This document shows, piece after piece, positions 53,101 through 64,000 of a stretch of 64,000 bases of DNA; within the stretch, counting starts at the first letter, position 1, and each line of letters begins with the position of its first letter. The notes below the pieces were generated by a model. The model was not told the DNA's origin and searched no databases. It saw nothing but the letters and a program-made list of their open reading frames with translations. This DNA is from Lama glama (taxonomy: Eukaryota). Made by a program: the position numbers and the translations under genes. The stretch spans positions 24,492,001 through 24,556,000 of the forward strand of contig CM052818.1 in NCBI GenBank assembly GCA_028534125.1, in the 5' to 3' direction.

Positions 53101-54028
53101 AAGCTGAGCTCTGAAAATTCTGACAGTTAGAAACACTTTAGTAACTCCAGTACATAGGTCAGAGGAACAAATCCCCTTCAAGTTCAGTTTCAGTTTACAA
53201 CTGAGAAAACTGAATCCAAGAGAACAGAAATGCTGTGTGCAAGTTTAGATGGCAGACATTTGGCAGAGTTGGCACCAAGTCCCAATCTCATGATTGGTCC
53301 ATTCTGGGAGCTCTCGGTAACAAGCAACAGTAAGCAGATCTGGCAGTCAGTTGAAGCAGGAGTTTAATGAAAATCCTAGACCTAGGTAATCCATCCAAGG
53401 TGCAACAATGGTGTATCCTTGCAAAGCCTGCCAGTGCGTGCAACGTTCTCTCATTCAGACTGCCCAGGAAATAAATAAGCATGTTCCCAGACATTATGTT
53501 ACTTGACCCTGATACAAACCTGTGATATGGACAGAGCAGGTACTATTATCTCTATTCCACACGTGGGAAACCTGGGGAAATGGCCTGCTCAAGGCTATGT
53601 TGTTGGCACCAATAGGCTTCCAAAGTGGAGCACAGGGTTAGAGCTAAAGGAACAGATCTAATATGGAATCAGATTTGCTCATCCCTATTACAGTCACACC
53701 AAGCGCTTTCCGTCTCATGATGCCTCTGGAAGTAGTAACTTGAAGCACAGATACTCCATTTCCGATACCAGCAGGAATCTGGCTGCACTGCCTGCTGTGG
53801 GGTGTGAGGTTCCTTCACACCATCTGGTTTGGCTCGTAGGACACTTGCCCCATTTCCTGCTTCACTTCTGAGACCTACATAACAGTGATCTATGACCACT
53901 CAGTCCCTGAACTAACATTGCTCATGCCATGTGCATCTGGGTGTGACTTTTAGCTTACTAATTCCACAAGCTCTGCTTGCAAACCAGTGCAATTCATTCT
54001 GCTGATTTTCTGCCTGTCCTTTTGCTAG

Positions 54029-54097
54029 GCCAGCCTGTCTTCCGGAAGGTTCATGCTAGAGAACGTCCGATTCCCTCCTCTATAATCACCATTGCAG
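54029..54097 (+). CDS. SLC8A1: NCX1 cassette exon F (69 nt)
   Basis: tttgctag|GCCAGCCT...ATTGCAG|gtactc; encodes (G)QPVFRKVHARERPIPSSIITIA; phase 1-1. Confidence 0.96.
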
Positions 54098-55879
54098 GTA
54101 CTCGTCTCCTCACAGCCCTTGGAAACCACAGCTTAAGAAACTTAAGGTGTACTTAAGGTTAACTGCCTTTGAGCGTTCTTTCTTCTTTAGGTCTTTAGAC
54201 ATTAAAGTGGCATAATTCAGCCCCTGTTCCCTCTTGAACATTGCTACATGATGCAGTGGCTTCTTTGTAGTCGGGGAATGGTGGATTGGCAATAAAGCAC
54301 AACCACGCCAGCCCAGGACAGGAGGCACGGTGGAGGAAGCGGCACGGACCTGCAGAGGAGGCTGAGCCCAGTGGTCTCTCAAGTTTCAGTGTGTTCTGGA
54401 TTTCTTGCAAATCTTGCTTCTCAAGCATGAGTTTTTCCAAATATAATGAAGTTCCTTTAAAAGCAAGCTGTCTTCCTCCCAAGAACCTGCCTTTCCTGCC
54501 TCCAGGCAACATGCTGTTAGCCAAATACACACAGATGATAGTACATCTGCAGAGTTTCTCCAGAGCGGAGCATTGACAGGGGACTAACGGGTTACAGAAC
54601 TACCCCAGATGGATTGTCAGAATAGACCCGATGTGAGCTCCTTGCACCACATCACTGAACCTCTGGATAAGGACAGGAAGACCCAATCCTTAGTCCTCAC
54701 CATCACCCATCACTGGCCACGGCGACAGAAGCACTTCTGCCTGCCCCAGTGAGACCTTCCTCGTTCTCACATCCCACAGCCCCATTCAAATACCATGCAG
54801 CCCTAACTGCAGAGTTGCTCCAGAATATTCCTCGTGGAAATAAAAGTACCAGTCTCTTTAGATTCTCATCAGAGAGGCCTCTCTGTTGAAAACTCTCAAG
54901 CAATCTGTGCTCTCAGACTTGTCAGCCCAGATCTGAGTGAAGGATTAAAATAACCTTCAGAAAATTGTTCCACCACTGGCCTTGGACCCCTTTCCAAGTT
55001 CTGTGTTGTTTGTTGGGATGAAAAATTGCAAATGCATTCACGAATATCCACAGGAGCTCCTCGGGTGCAGACCTCCACGTGGCTGGTTCTGTTTTCTAAT
55101 AAGGATTCCCACTCTCAGCCCTTCCCCTCTTACAGCGATGCTGCTTCAAAATGCAGCCTGAGCCAGAAAGCATCAACAGCAGCTTTGTCAGAATTCTGCT
55201 TTTCCCCAATCCCAGGTACCTGTTAGCTTTTGTGGTGTGTCATCTGCAGAATCAGTTACTCAGGAGAAGGGAGGTCCCCTACCAGAGGTTTCAGCACAAG
55301 ACTGTGTTCTGTCCTGTCAATGCTGATTTTAGCAGTGGCTATTAATTATGTGTTTGATCTTTAAGTTGTGTTGGCTGGTTAAGACCACGATGTTATGTAA
55401 CATTATCAACTTCTCCATAAAATGTGGTAAATTTAAAAATATATACATGTATAGGTACCTATACAGATAGAGAATTAAATAGAGAATGTCCTCTATCTGA
55501 GAAGCAAAACTAAAAACACAGCATGTTATCACCCTGCAGAAATAAGGAAATGAACCTGACTTGACTATAATAAAATGAACTGCATCTGATCTAGCACTCA
55601 AAATGGAAAAATAATAATAGATGATCAAAAAATATACCATTAAACTATTTCCCTATTCAATAAAAAATATCTAAAGAAAAGGCACTTTAAAAAAATACTC
55701 ATCTCTTCTTTGCCACTTTCAAAAATCTGTATTATAAATGCTAATTTATCAGTACCGTTATAGAGTATTATAGATAAAAGGATTTATTTAGCTGTCTTCT
55801 CTTAGTTACACCTAAGGGCAATTATCCCTTAAATGTTCACGACATTTCTAAGTGAAAATAGCCCTGACCCTACCATGCC

Positions 55880-56345
55880 TTTGTGCTTTGACTGCTCTCT
55901 GCCTGGAATGCCTCTCCTTACTCAAGTACCTCCTAGCCATCCTTGCTACCACCTTCTCCTGGCAAACTGCTACACATGCTTCAGGGCCAGTTTCAAGTAT
56001 CTCTTCTTTCCAGAAGCCTTCCCCGACTCCCCCAGGCAGAGCGAGCTGCTCCCCGACCCTGAGCCCTCAGCTCTTCCCTTGCTGAACTAGAAGTTGCCCC
56101 ATCTGTCTGCTTCCCTTCCTGCTAGACCATGAGTTCCTGGAAAAAGGGGCTGAGGTGGGTCGGTGGTGCTCAGTGTGCTGACATGCAGGAGGGCAGTGAC
56201 GTGTGTTCAGTTAACCAGTGGTCTTTACAGGCATAGAGCAAATAAGAGGCTTTTCTAACCGTGAGTTGGAGAGTCACACACAAATATTTATTGAGCATCT
56301 ACTACATCGCATACATTGTAATAGGCTCTGGGGAACGTGAGGATG
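55880..56345. mobile_element. L2 3'-end relics (opposite orientations)
   Basis: CTCTGCCTGGAATGCC...CAGAAGCCTTCCCCGAC...CTAGACCATGAGTTCCTGGA; CAAATATTTATTGAGCATCTACTAC. Confidence 0.6.
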
Positions 56346-59211
56346 GTCAGAGAGCAATGAGACATATTTTTCTGTCTTGGTATGTGTACATGCTGGATGT
56401 CTGTACATAAAGGTAATTTACATATAAAAAAGAATATGTTAAAAGTGTCTATGCTCAATTGTTCAATGTGTACACACAACAAATACTAAGGAATTAATTT
56501 AAGGTCAGAGTGGTCATTCCTAAACAGGTCAGTTGGGGGTTATTTCATGCAAGAAGACGTGGGGTTTTGAAAGATAAGTAGGATTTAGCTAGGTGAACAT
56601 GGGGAAGGTTTCCAGATGGGTAGACAATAGGATGAAGCGTGGCATTAAGTCCAAGTCGAGTTTGGAGCAAGAGTGTAGAGTGATAGAAACAGATACCCTG
56701 CTTTTCTAGTATGAGAAACTGTTAAGACAGTAATTCCTAAATTTTGGTCATTCTCATACCTCCTTTACAGTATTTGCACTGGCTGCATACCAGCTAGACT
56801 ATTATTTACCTAATGTATTTTTTTTGGAAATCGCCTCATGTTTTTACTTCACTAGATTTGTTTTTAAAAGAAAACTTTGTCACTAACACAAATGGAAAAC
56901 TAGTATTACTTGTTATAAATAGAAACTAAGATTAAAAATTTGGGAAATGGAAAAAAAAGGTATTAACTTCTTGATACAGTCAAATGCTCATGCCTGAGAA
57001 CTGACTTCTCTGACCTAAATGGTAGAAACCATAGTATCAGGAACCAGGTCCAGACATATCAGCACCAAACTCAGCATGTCTTCTTGGTCAGAAAGACAAG
57101 AGGATGATTAAAAAGGGAATAACCTTTTCACTCCCCGAGTGCTTTGATTTCATTTACTACCATGTCCACTTATTTAATACCATGTTCCAGATCGTTTCAT
57201 TTTGTCAAATGCAGCTTTAAACCATGCCACTACATCACTTTTCTTTTGTAATTTCTTCCCCCAAATGGCTTTGTAATGCAAAAAAATTCCAAGTGGTAAT
57301 AGTTCTTCTTCTGGAAAAATAATTCTTATTTGATGTAAGTCTCCCAGACATCCATGTTCAGCCAAGGCTTTGAACGAAGACGCTAATATAACCTGCTCCT
57401 ATGAAAACTCTAATAACGCTGCCCTGGGTTCTAGGATCAGAAAGCAGTGGGAATCAAATACAATTGACGTGAGCACTAGATAAATGGAACGTCACGTATC
57501 TGAGCCCAGCCCCTTGACAGCACACACATACAATTTCAAGGACAAATTCTGGGGACAGCAATCAGAAACTTTTGCCTCCCTTCGGGTCATAACTTCCCAA
57601 GCTTACTATAAAAAAAAATTACAACTGTGACAGTTAAAACGCACCTAGTTGTACCTCTCTTTTGCGTCTGCTAACATTTAGCAGTTTTTGGCCAGTCCAA
57701 AAATCACTTATGTTTTGGTCTTCATCTTATTTTGGGGGGGGCCTGTAATTACTGGGGATAGGAAAGCAGATTCTGAAATATCCTTTTAGGAAGACACTCT
57801 TGAATACATACTAAAGAATTCATTGATATGCTACACCCTGCTTTTCCTCTGGTTGGGTTTGACACTCGGTATAGAAAACGCTAGCCATGCTTCTAGCCCA
57901 TCTGCTCAGTGTCCTAGCCGTCAACAGCTGGCCTGGGAACCAGCTCTCTGCAACATTTGCTAGAGCGTCAGCCCCTCCCACAGAGTCCCTCTGCAGAAGG
58001 AAGCCATGTGTCTTTGGAGGGGATGGGAGGTGTGGGCTTCTGCAGCAGCTGATGCCCAAATGCAGAAGGCAAGACGTCTAGGCTAGAAGTCCCTCCCTTT
58101 CTGACCTCTCCTCAGTCAGCAGACTCCTACTGCAGGCAGTTTGCCTTGAAGTTTCTAGAAGCCAGGGTGTTGGGGCTCAGGTCTTTCTGTACCACCAATG
58201 CTACTTCCTTGGAGATGAGGCTTATTCCATTTGACTCTTAGAGGAAGTGGCCTGTCTTGGTCCAGCATCCTGGGCCCGGAGAACAGGGGGCTGAGTGATT
58301 ACAGGAACAGTGTTTGTCCTTCACATGCGCATGGCCTTCTCAGAGTGGGATTTATCCTAATGACCTTCATACAGAGAGAAGCCAACTGTGAGCTTCCCCT
58401 CATTAATGGACTCTCAAGTCCATTAACATCTTCTCAGCACCCATAGCCCCTCCTGGAGTGTAAGCTACATGGTGGTTCTAGAAATAATCATGCTTCCGTG
58501 GTGAGTAGTAGCATAAAGCCCCCTAAGGCTCCACCCTTGCACTCCCCATTTACTGTAAGATTAACACGGGGAAGGTCCTCCCATCCCATCTCAGCTCTGC
58601 ACCAGAGAGAGGCAGCACTGGAGTGCAGGCACCTTACTGAAATGTGGAAGGGATGTTTCACTTCTTAGCTTGCAAAAAGGGCTCTTGGCAAGTGAGCGGC
58701 TAAGATCAGAATTTCCCATCCACCATCTCTTTAGTCCTGGGGCATTTTCTGCTGCTTCTAGAAAGTGGAGAGGAGGAGGCCAACCTCCTCCATCCTTTGA
58801 GTCACTCTAGCACTTTTCATTGCCTTTCCTTTTGGTCACGTGCTAAAGGGCTGTGGCTGACTCACAGCCAGGTGAGCCAGCGTCACAGGGGACAGCTGGG
58901 TGATTCCCTCAACATAGACAACGTGCAGGCAGAGTCTTTCTCAGCGATGTGACCTGTAAGTTGCTTTTCCCCATCTGTTCTTTGGCTTGTGCGTAAGTTG
59001 GGGGACATGATGATCAGCTGCTGTCCCAGTGATGTGCTGCCCACCAGGACAGATGTCTGTCCAGTTCTCCCCTCCAGCCTGACAACACCACCCAAGGGAT
59101 TTCTCATAGTTCATCCGGGCTTCCTTCCTTCTTGGTTTCCTTGTAGCAGGATCCAGGGGTTTCCAAATAACATTGAGTGCCTTCTCACTTTCCTGCCCTG
59201 CCCTTTCACAG

Positions 59212-59342
59212 AGGAATGTGACGACAAGCAGCCACTGACCAGCAAAGAGGAAGAGGAGAGACGCATCGCAGAGATGGGGCGCCCCATTCTGGGGGAGCAC
59301 ACCAGGCTGGAGGTGATCATTGAAGAATCCTATGAGTTCAAG
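59212..59342 (+). CDS. SLC8A1: NCX1 constitutive exon after the alternative cluster (131 nt)
   Basis: ttcacag|AGGAATG...GTTCAAG|gtacgc; encodes (E)ECDDKQPLTSKEEEERRIAEMGRPILGEHTRLEVIIEESYEFK. Confidence 0.98.
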
Positions 59343-61595
59343 GTACGCTCACCAAGGCTGCCCGGTAGGGGTCCAGGTCCACCTTGGGACCAAGACGGTT
59401 CATATTGTTGGTCTTCACGACATGATCCATCCGGAATGAGAGGCAGATGTAATTTCAGGAACTGGCTGATGGTTTAAGAGGCCTTCAGAGCAGAAATGGA
59501 GTCAGAGAGTTGATAGGGAATTAAGAGGTCCTGCAAACAAAACAGCATCAGAACCAGGGTCTGGTGGGTGCCATCCATCACCCTACAGGGTCACAGATGC
59601 CCGACAGTGAGGGCTTTGTCCGAGCAGGTAGCAAGGAAGAGGCAAAGGTGGATTCCAAGAGACTGTTATGCGTGGAGGAAACCAACACACTTTATTTGGA
59701 AAAGCTGTTCAATCTATTAGAAGCCAAGCATTTTCACTGCTGAAAATTAGGCTTTAGTTTTGGGGTGGGGATGGTAGGGCACTCCCTACAGAACATTGCA
59801 CTAATAACTTCTCATTTATACATAGTCACCTTCTTAAGATCCTAGGACACTTTTAGCCCAGTCATCATACTAAATGTATAGGGTCCGTAACCAGAGCGTC
59901 TGTAGTTGAGCTGATAAAACTGGATTCCCAGTTCTCTAGATGATCAAAGTCATTTTTCAGAAATTAAGTACATGGGTCTTAGGGTGAGCTTAGGACTTGG
60001 AGGTGGAACTTTCTGTCCATTCTTAGCTGCTCCCTCGGCCCCTGTCCCAACTCCCATCCTATCTCACTTGCATGGTCCTAACACTCAGAAATGCCCCCAA
60101 GAGCCACACCTCAGTTCTATGTGGGGCATGAAAAAGAGCATCCTCCCTAGGGGCTTCCAGAACTACAAACCAGAGCTCAGCAGTATTTCCCCCACTTATT
60201 TTTTAAGAGCAGATTCTGTTCCTATTTTGAAACCCAGAATGAAGATGCCCACAAGGGAGACTCAGGCCCCTGACTTTGATGTGTCAAGATTGCATCCAGA
60301 TTTTTCATAGTAGTGGCTTCTTTTCCTTTAGCTGAGCCCATTTGTTATTCTTTTAATTTAGCTCACAAATGAAGGTGCCTGATAGGAGACAGATGGAAAG
60401 AAACATGTCTTTTCAATTAAAACGGCATTTAAAAGATAAAAATGCAATTGAACTTTCCCCTTCAGGCCACCACGAATGCATCTGTTAACTCCTTTCACTC
60501 ATGCCCATGGAAAGAAAGAGCAGGATGAACACTGGGATCAGTGCTGTCTAAGCAGACCCACCCTGACCATCAGAACACACCCGTTGTCTGATCTGGAACC
60601 TGGATCGCTGCACACATGTGACTGGCAGGTGCACAAGTTCCCTGCGATTCCTGGGGTGCAAACATATCAGGCTGTTTCTATGGACCACTCTGTTCAGATA
60701 TATCCAACCTCATTCTTCCTCATATACCCTCTTTTCACCTCAGATCAGAGGGTCCAGTGCCACCTGCGGCAGCAGAGCTTCTGCAGCTCAGCATTTCTGT
60801 AAATGCTGACCCCACCCCCATCCCAGGACTCTCATGGGAAATTATCATATGCTCTCTCCCTTATGGAACAACCCCAAACTTCGCCCTTCCATGCACCCAC
60901 AACCAGGAAGGGCAATCACAGTGACTTCCTGTAGGAAGCGTTGGGCTGGGGATGGTAGGGTACAGCTGTCTAGGCAGCACAGCTTTCTTGGGTCCAGAGC
61001 TCCCTCTGGTAAACACTCCAATGATCTGAGCCTTTGAAAGGCACCCAGGTCTGTCCACGTAAGTCCAGCTGTTTGGGGAACTTACCTTCCTGGAGTGACT
61101 TTCGTAGGTTCCTTGCATCTCCTCAAAGTTCATCAGGACAGTTACTGCTAACACCAAAGGGTACCTTGGGGGTCTATTTCTGAAGTGCCCTCAAGCATCA
61201 ATTTTGATACTATATTATTATTTTAAGAGGTTTTTTTCTAGACCATAGCTGCTTAAAATAACTTATTCAGTGCTCCCAGAACTGCATGAAAGTCCCACAT
61301 CAGGGTGACACCTCACAATATCCCGACGTGCTTTGCCCAGTGGGTTGTTGTTTACTACACTGTGACTGAGGGCTTGGCTTTTCTAACGCCCATTGCCGAG
61401 GGTGAGGTTATAAGAATTGCTTGCAGTCTAGTGCAGTGAAGAGCTGGTGACTGGCATTTTGAAAACCTCTTATCAGTATAGATGGCAATGTTCAAGTGTC
61501 TAAATTTCAAATTTAGGTCAAGAGAGGACACACATGCAAATTAAGTCCTAGGAAGAACCCAGGCTCTCTCATAATCCTCCAGGCTTAACATAAAC

Positions 61596-62119
61596 TGTTA
61601 CCAAGTCCAAACTCATTCTGCTGACCTAGCGGCAGGCCAGTAAGTCAGGAGACGAGGTGCTGGGGCAAAGGATAATGACTTTATTTGGCAAGTCGGCAGA
61701 CTGAGAAGATGGGGGACTAATGTCATTGAGAACCATCTTACCAACCATTTTACTCAAGTCAGAATTCAGACTCCTTTTATACTAAAAAAGGAGGGGGGGT
61801 GTGGTCAGTTGTTTGCAAACTTCTTGGCGTTGAAATCCTTTGTTCTTGCACAAAGGTCAGGTCATGATGTCCCTGTAAACCTCCAACAAGATAAATGTTA
61901 TTCTCCATTCTGCAACTTTTTTATCTCTATATAAATGGAAAAGTGTTATGCCCTTAAAGGTCAGAGTCTTGAGAATGGGCCATCCTGTCTATTTCAGGCT
62001 GTGGGCAAATTCTTTTACAAAAGGTGCAGACCCAGCGTGACTCAGCACAGGAAACAGTACAGGGTTAGAGCTAAAAGAACAGATCCAATATGGAGTCAGA
62101 TATGTTCCTCCCTATTACG
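61596..62119 (-). mobile_element. Solo LTR (ERV1-type), 524 bp
   Basis: TGTTACC...TATTACG (terminal CA read as CG); 4-bp TSD AAAC at 61592-61595 and 62120-62123; AATAAA on the minus strand at ~61680. Confidence 0.82.
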
Positions 62120-63138
62120 AAACTAAAGTTTACAATCTACCTTAGATTTTACATACATATAAATTTTACGTTTAGTTTATCTTAAAAAAATCTCTTGCGA
62201 GGGATTTTGAGGTCAGTCTGTGCTTCACTGTTAGAGCAGTTTCTCTCTTCAACTGTTTTGTCTCCCAGGGAAAGGGGTTCTCTGCCTTGGCTTCAGAATA
62301 AAGAGGGCTTCTTTGGAGAGACCTGCCCCAAGATTCCATTACCTTTAGGAAAAGTCAAGGTCATTTCTTGTTACATTCTACTCAGAACTTTGAATTGGCA
62401 TCAGCCGAGACACTCAGAGTACTTGATGAGATGTGGCTGACTTGAGAGAAAGGGCAGATGTTTGTCATGTGTTTCTCGTTGGCAGCCAAGAGCAGTGACG
62501 GTCCCAACTATTATCAGGGGCACTAGCAGTTCTAGACGCAAAGTTAGAGGCTGAAAGGTCACCACCGTCAGGACGAATAATCGAGCAAAGAATGACGGCA
62601 ATACAGAGTGGGCCAGTTGAATATGGGTCTTTTCATGTTTCTTATCTTCTCAGTGTTTCAAGTCAGTTCCAATGACTGTTGAACTAACACACTTGACTTT
62701 CTGATGTGGCTTTGACCTTCTGTCCAGGCCCCTCAGATCACATTTCCTGGTTAGCCGATAATGTGCTCTCTCTCTCTCTCAAAGCAAAGTCAGTTCAGGT
62801 ACACTGCATTAAACATGTACCAATTTTGACCTCGGGAAAATAATACGTGTTTTCTGCCTCTTTGCACTGAGTGGGAACTCGAGGATGCCCTGACAGTAAG
62901 TGTGGATGTGCACTAGACTAGCCAACGTGGTAGTTTCTCCGGGAGGAACAGCCTCAAGTCCCGGACGTGACCCTTCTCCCTGTAGCTGCTTTGATTTGTG
63001 GTAGTGCTTTGGGTGCATCTGCTCAGTTTTCTTGTGAATGCTTGGCTGCTCCTGCTGTTCCGTTAACTGACATTTATTTAAAAAGCTAGAGAGTACTAAT
63101 TGTACAGAACCAAGTGCTTAAAAAAGGTCTAAAGAAGA

Positions 63139-63229
63139 GGGGAGGGAAATAGTTCATTGGTAGAGCACATGCTTAGTGTGCATGAGGTCATGGGTTCACT
63201 CTCCGGTACCTCCATTAAAAAAAAAAAAA
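63139..63229 (+). mobile_element. tRNA-derived SINE, short form with poly-A
   Basis: GGGGAGGGAAATAGTTCATTGGTAGAGCACATGCTTAG...GGGTTCACTCTCCGGTACCTCCATTAAAAAA. Confidence 0.87.
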
Positions 63230-63925
63230 GGCCTAAAAGAAAATAACAGTAAGAGGTTTAGTGCAGGGGAAATTCAGCACACGGTAGCGGCAATGTGCCC
63301 TTAACCATACAAACTGATCTTTTCTTGTTTGCAACAGGAGTAAGGCGAGATGAATTCTGTAACGGCCACCAGGCGGACAAAATCAGTAGCCAAAGAAAGA
63401 TCTATGTATTGATGATCATGTAGCAGCTATCTTGAGGCTCTGCTGTCTGGCTGCATTTCATTGATCAACAAAAGTATAATAACAGGACTTAGTTTCATAA
63501 TCTATCTGCCACTTCCCGGTTATTCACAGATACATAAAGCTGAGCAGGGCATAGATTAATTCAGTTGCAGAGGGCACACTATAGACAAAGCCAGGAAAGA
63601 AACGAGCTCATGAAGCATTCGAGGGAAAGCCATGGGCTTTTGCAACACCTGCTACTCTAAGTGCTGAGGCCAGTCTTCCTTGGCCCCTAGGCAGTGGAGG
63701 AGGCTTGTATTCGTTACGAAGAAGTTTCCATTTCAGAATGTTTCCAAGTAAGGACTCTGGCTTGTTTGCATAATCCTAACAGTGTTTGATGTCAATACTG
63801 TTGTCTGAGCCTAACATCTGCTACCCTTTATATAGCTCTGGGGTTTCAAAATCCACAAGGGCTGAACTTTCCCGAGGCCTTAACCCACCCGGCAGTTATG
63901 ATCTGATTCTTTTCAACTTTTCTAG

Positions 63926-64000
63926 AGCACTGTGGACAAACTTATTAAGAAGACAAACCTAGCCCTTGTGGTTGGGACAAACAGCTGGAGAGAGCAGTTT
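63926..64000 (+). CDS. SLC8A1: NCX1 constitutive exon, truncated by the window end
   Basis: tttctag|AGCACTGTG...; phase 0; encodes STVDKLIKKTNLALVVGTNSWREQF. Confidence 0.97.

Larger units (their letters stand above)
1..64000 (+). other. SLC8A1: SLC8A1 (NCX1) gene body, partial: distal part of the large intron, alternative exons A-F and two downstream constitutive exons
   Basis: Eight AG/GT-bounded exons translate in order to the NCX1 CBD2/cytoplasmic-loop sequence (KTISVKVIDDEEYEKNK...EESYEFK|STVDKLIKKTNLALVVGTNSWREQF). Assigning 1-46165 to the intron rests on the known gene structure. Confidence 0.95.

Noticed and set aside
58989..59477. 162-aa ORF as a stand-alone gene
   Set aside because: Only 59212-59342 is exonic
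1..64000. CRISPR, operon or other prokaryotic-type system
   Set aside because: Mammalian intronic DNA; no repeat-spacer arrays or dense coding regions

Overview
Mammalian genomic DNA, most likely a camelid, judged from the tRNA-derived Vic-1-like SINEs. The window lies within SLC8A1 (NCX1, Na+/Ca2+ exchanger 1) on the + strand. The first ~46 kb shows no recognisable exon and is the distal part of the large intron preceding the alternative region. It carries L1 pieces, tRNA-SINEs, ERV1-type solo LTRs, MIR/L2/MER relics and a 500-N gap. The complete CBD2 alternative-splicing cluster follows: mutually exclusive exons A (46166-46272) and B (46816-46919), cassette exons C (21 nt), D (18 nt), E (15 nt) and F (69 nt), then two constitutive exons (59212-59342 and 63926 to the window end). 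All have canonical AG/GT ends. I found no new gene or previously undescribed system. The most interesting signals are the splicing logic readable around the cluster (frame-enforced A/B exclusivity, long AG-free tracts, an internal donor in exon A), apparent lineage-specific residues, and several well-resolved retrotransposon structures: a triple nest, an internally deleted L1 and intact solo LTRs. Repeat family names and orthologue comparisons are from memory, not from a search.
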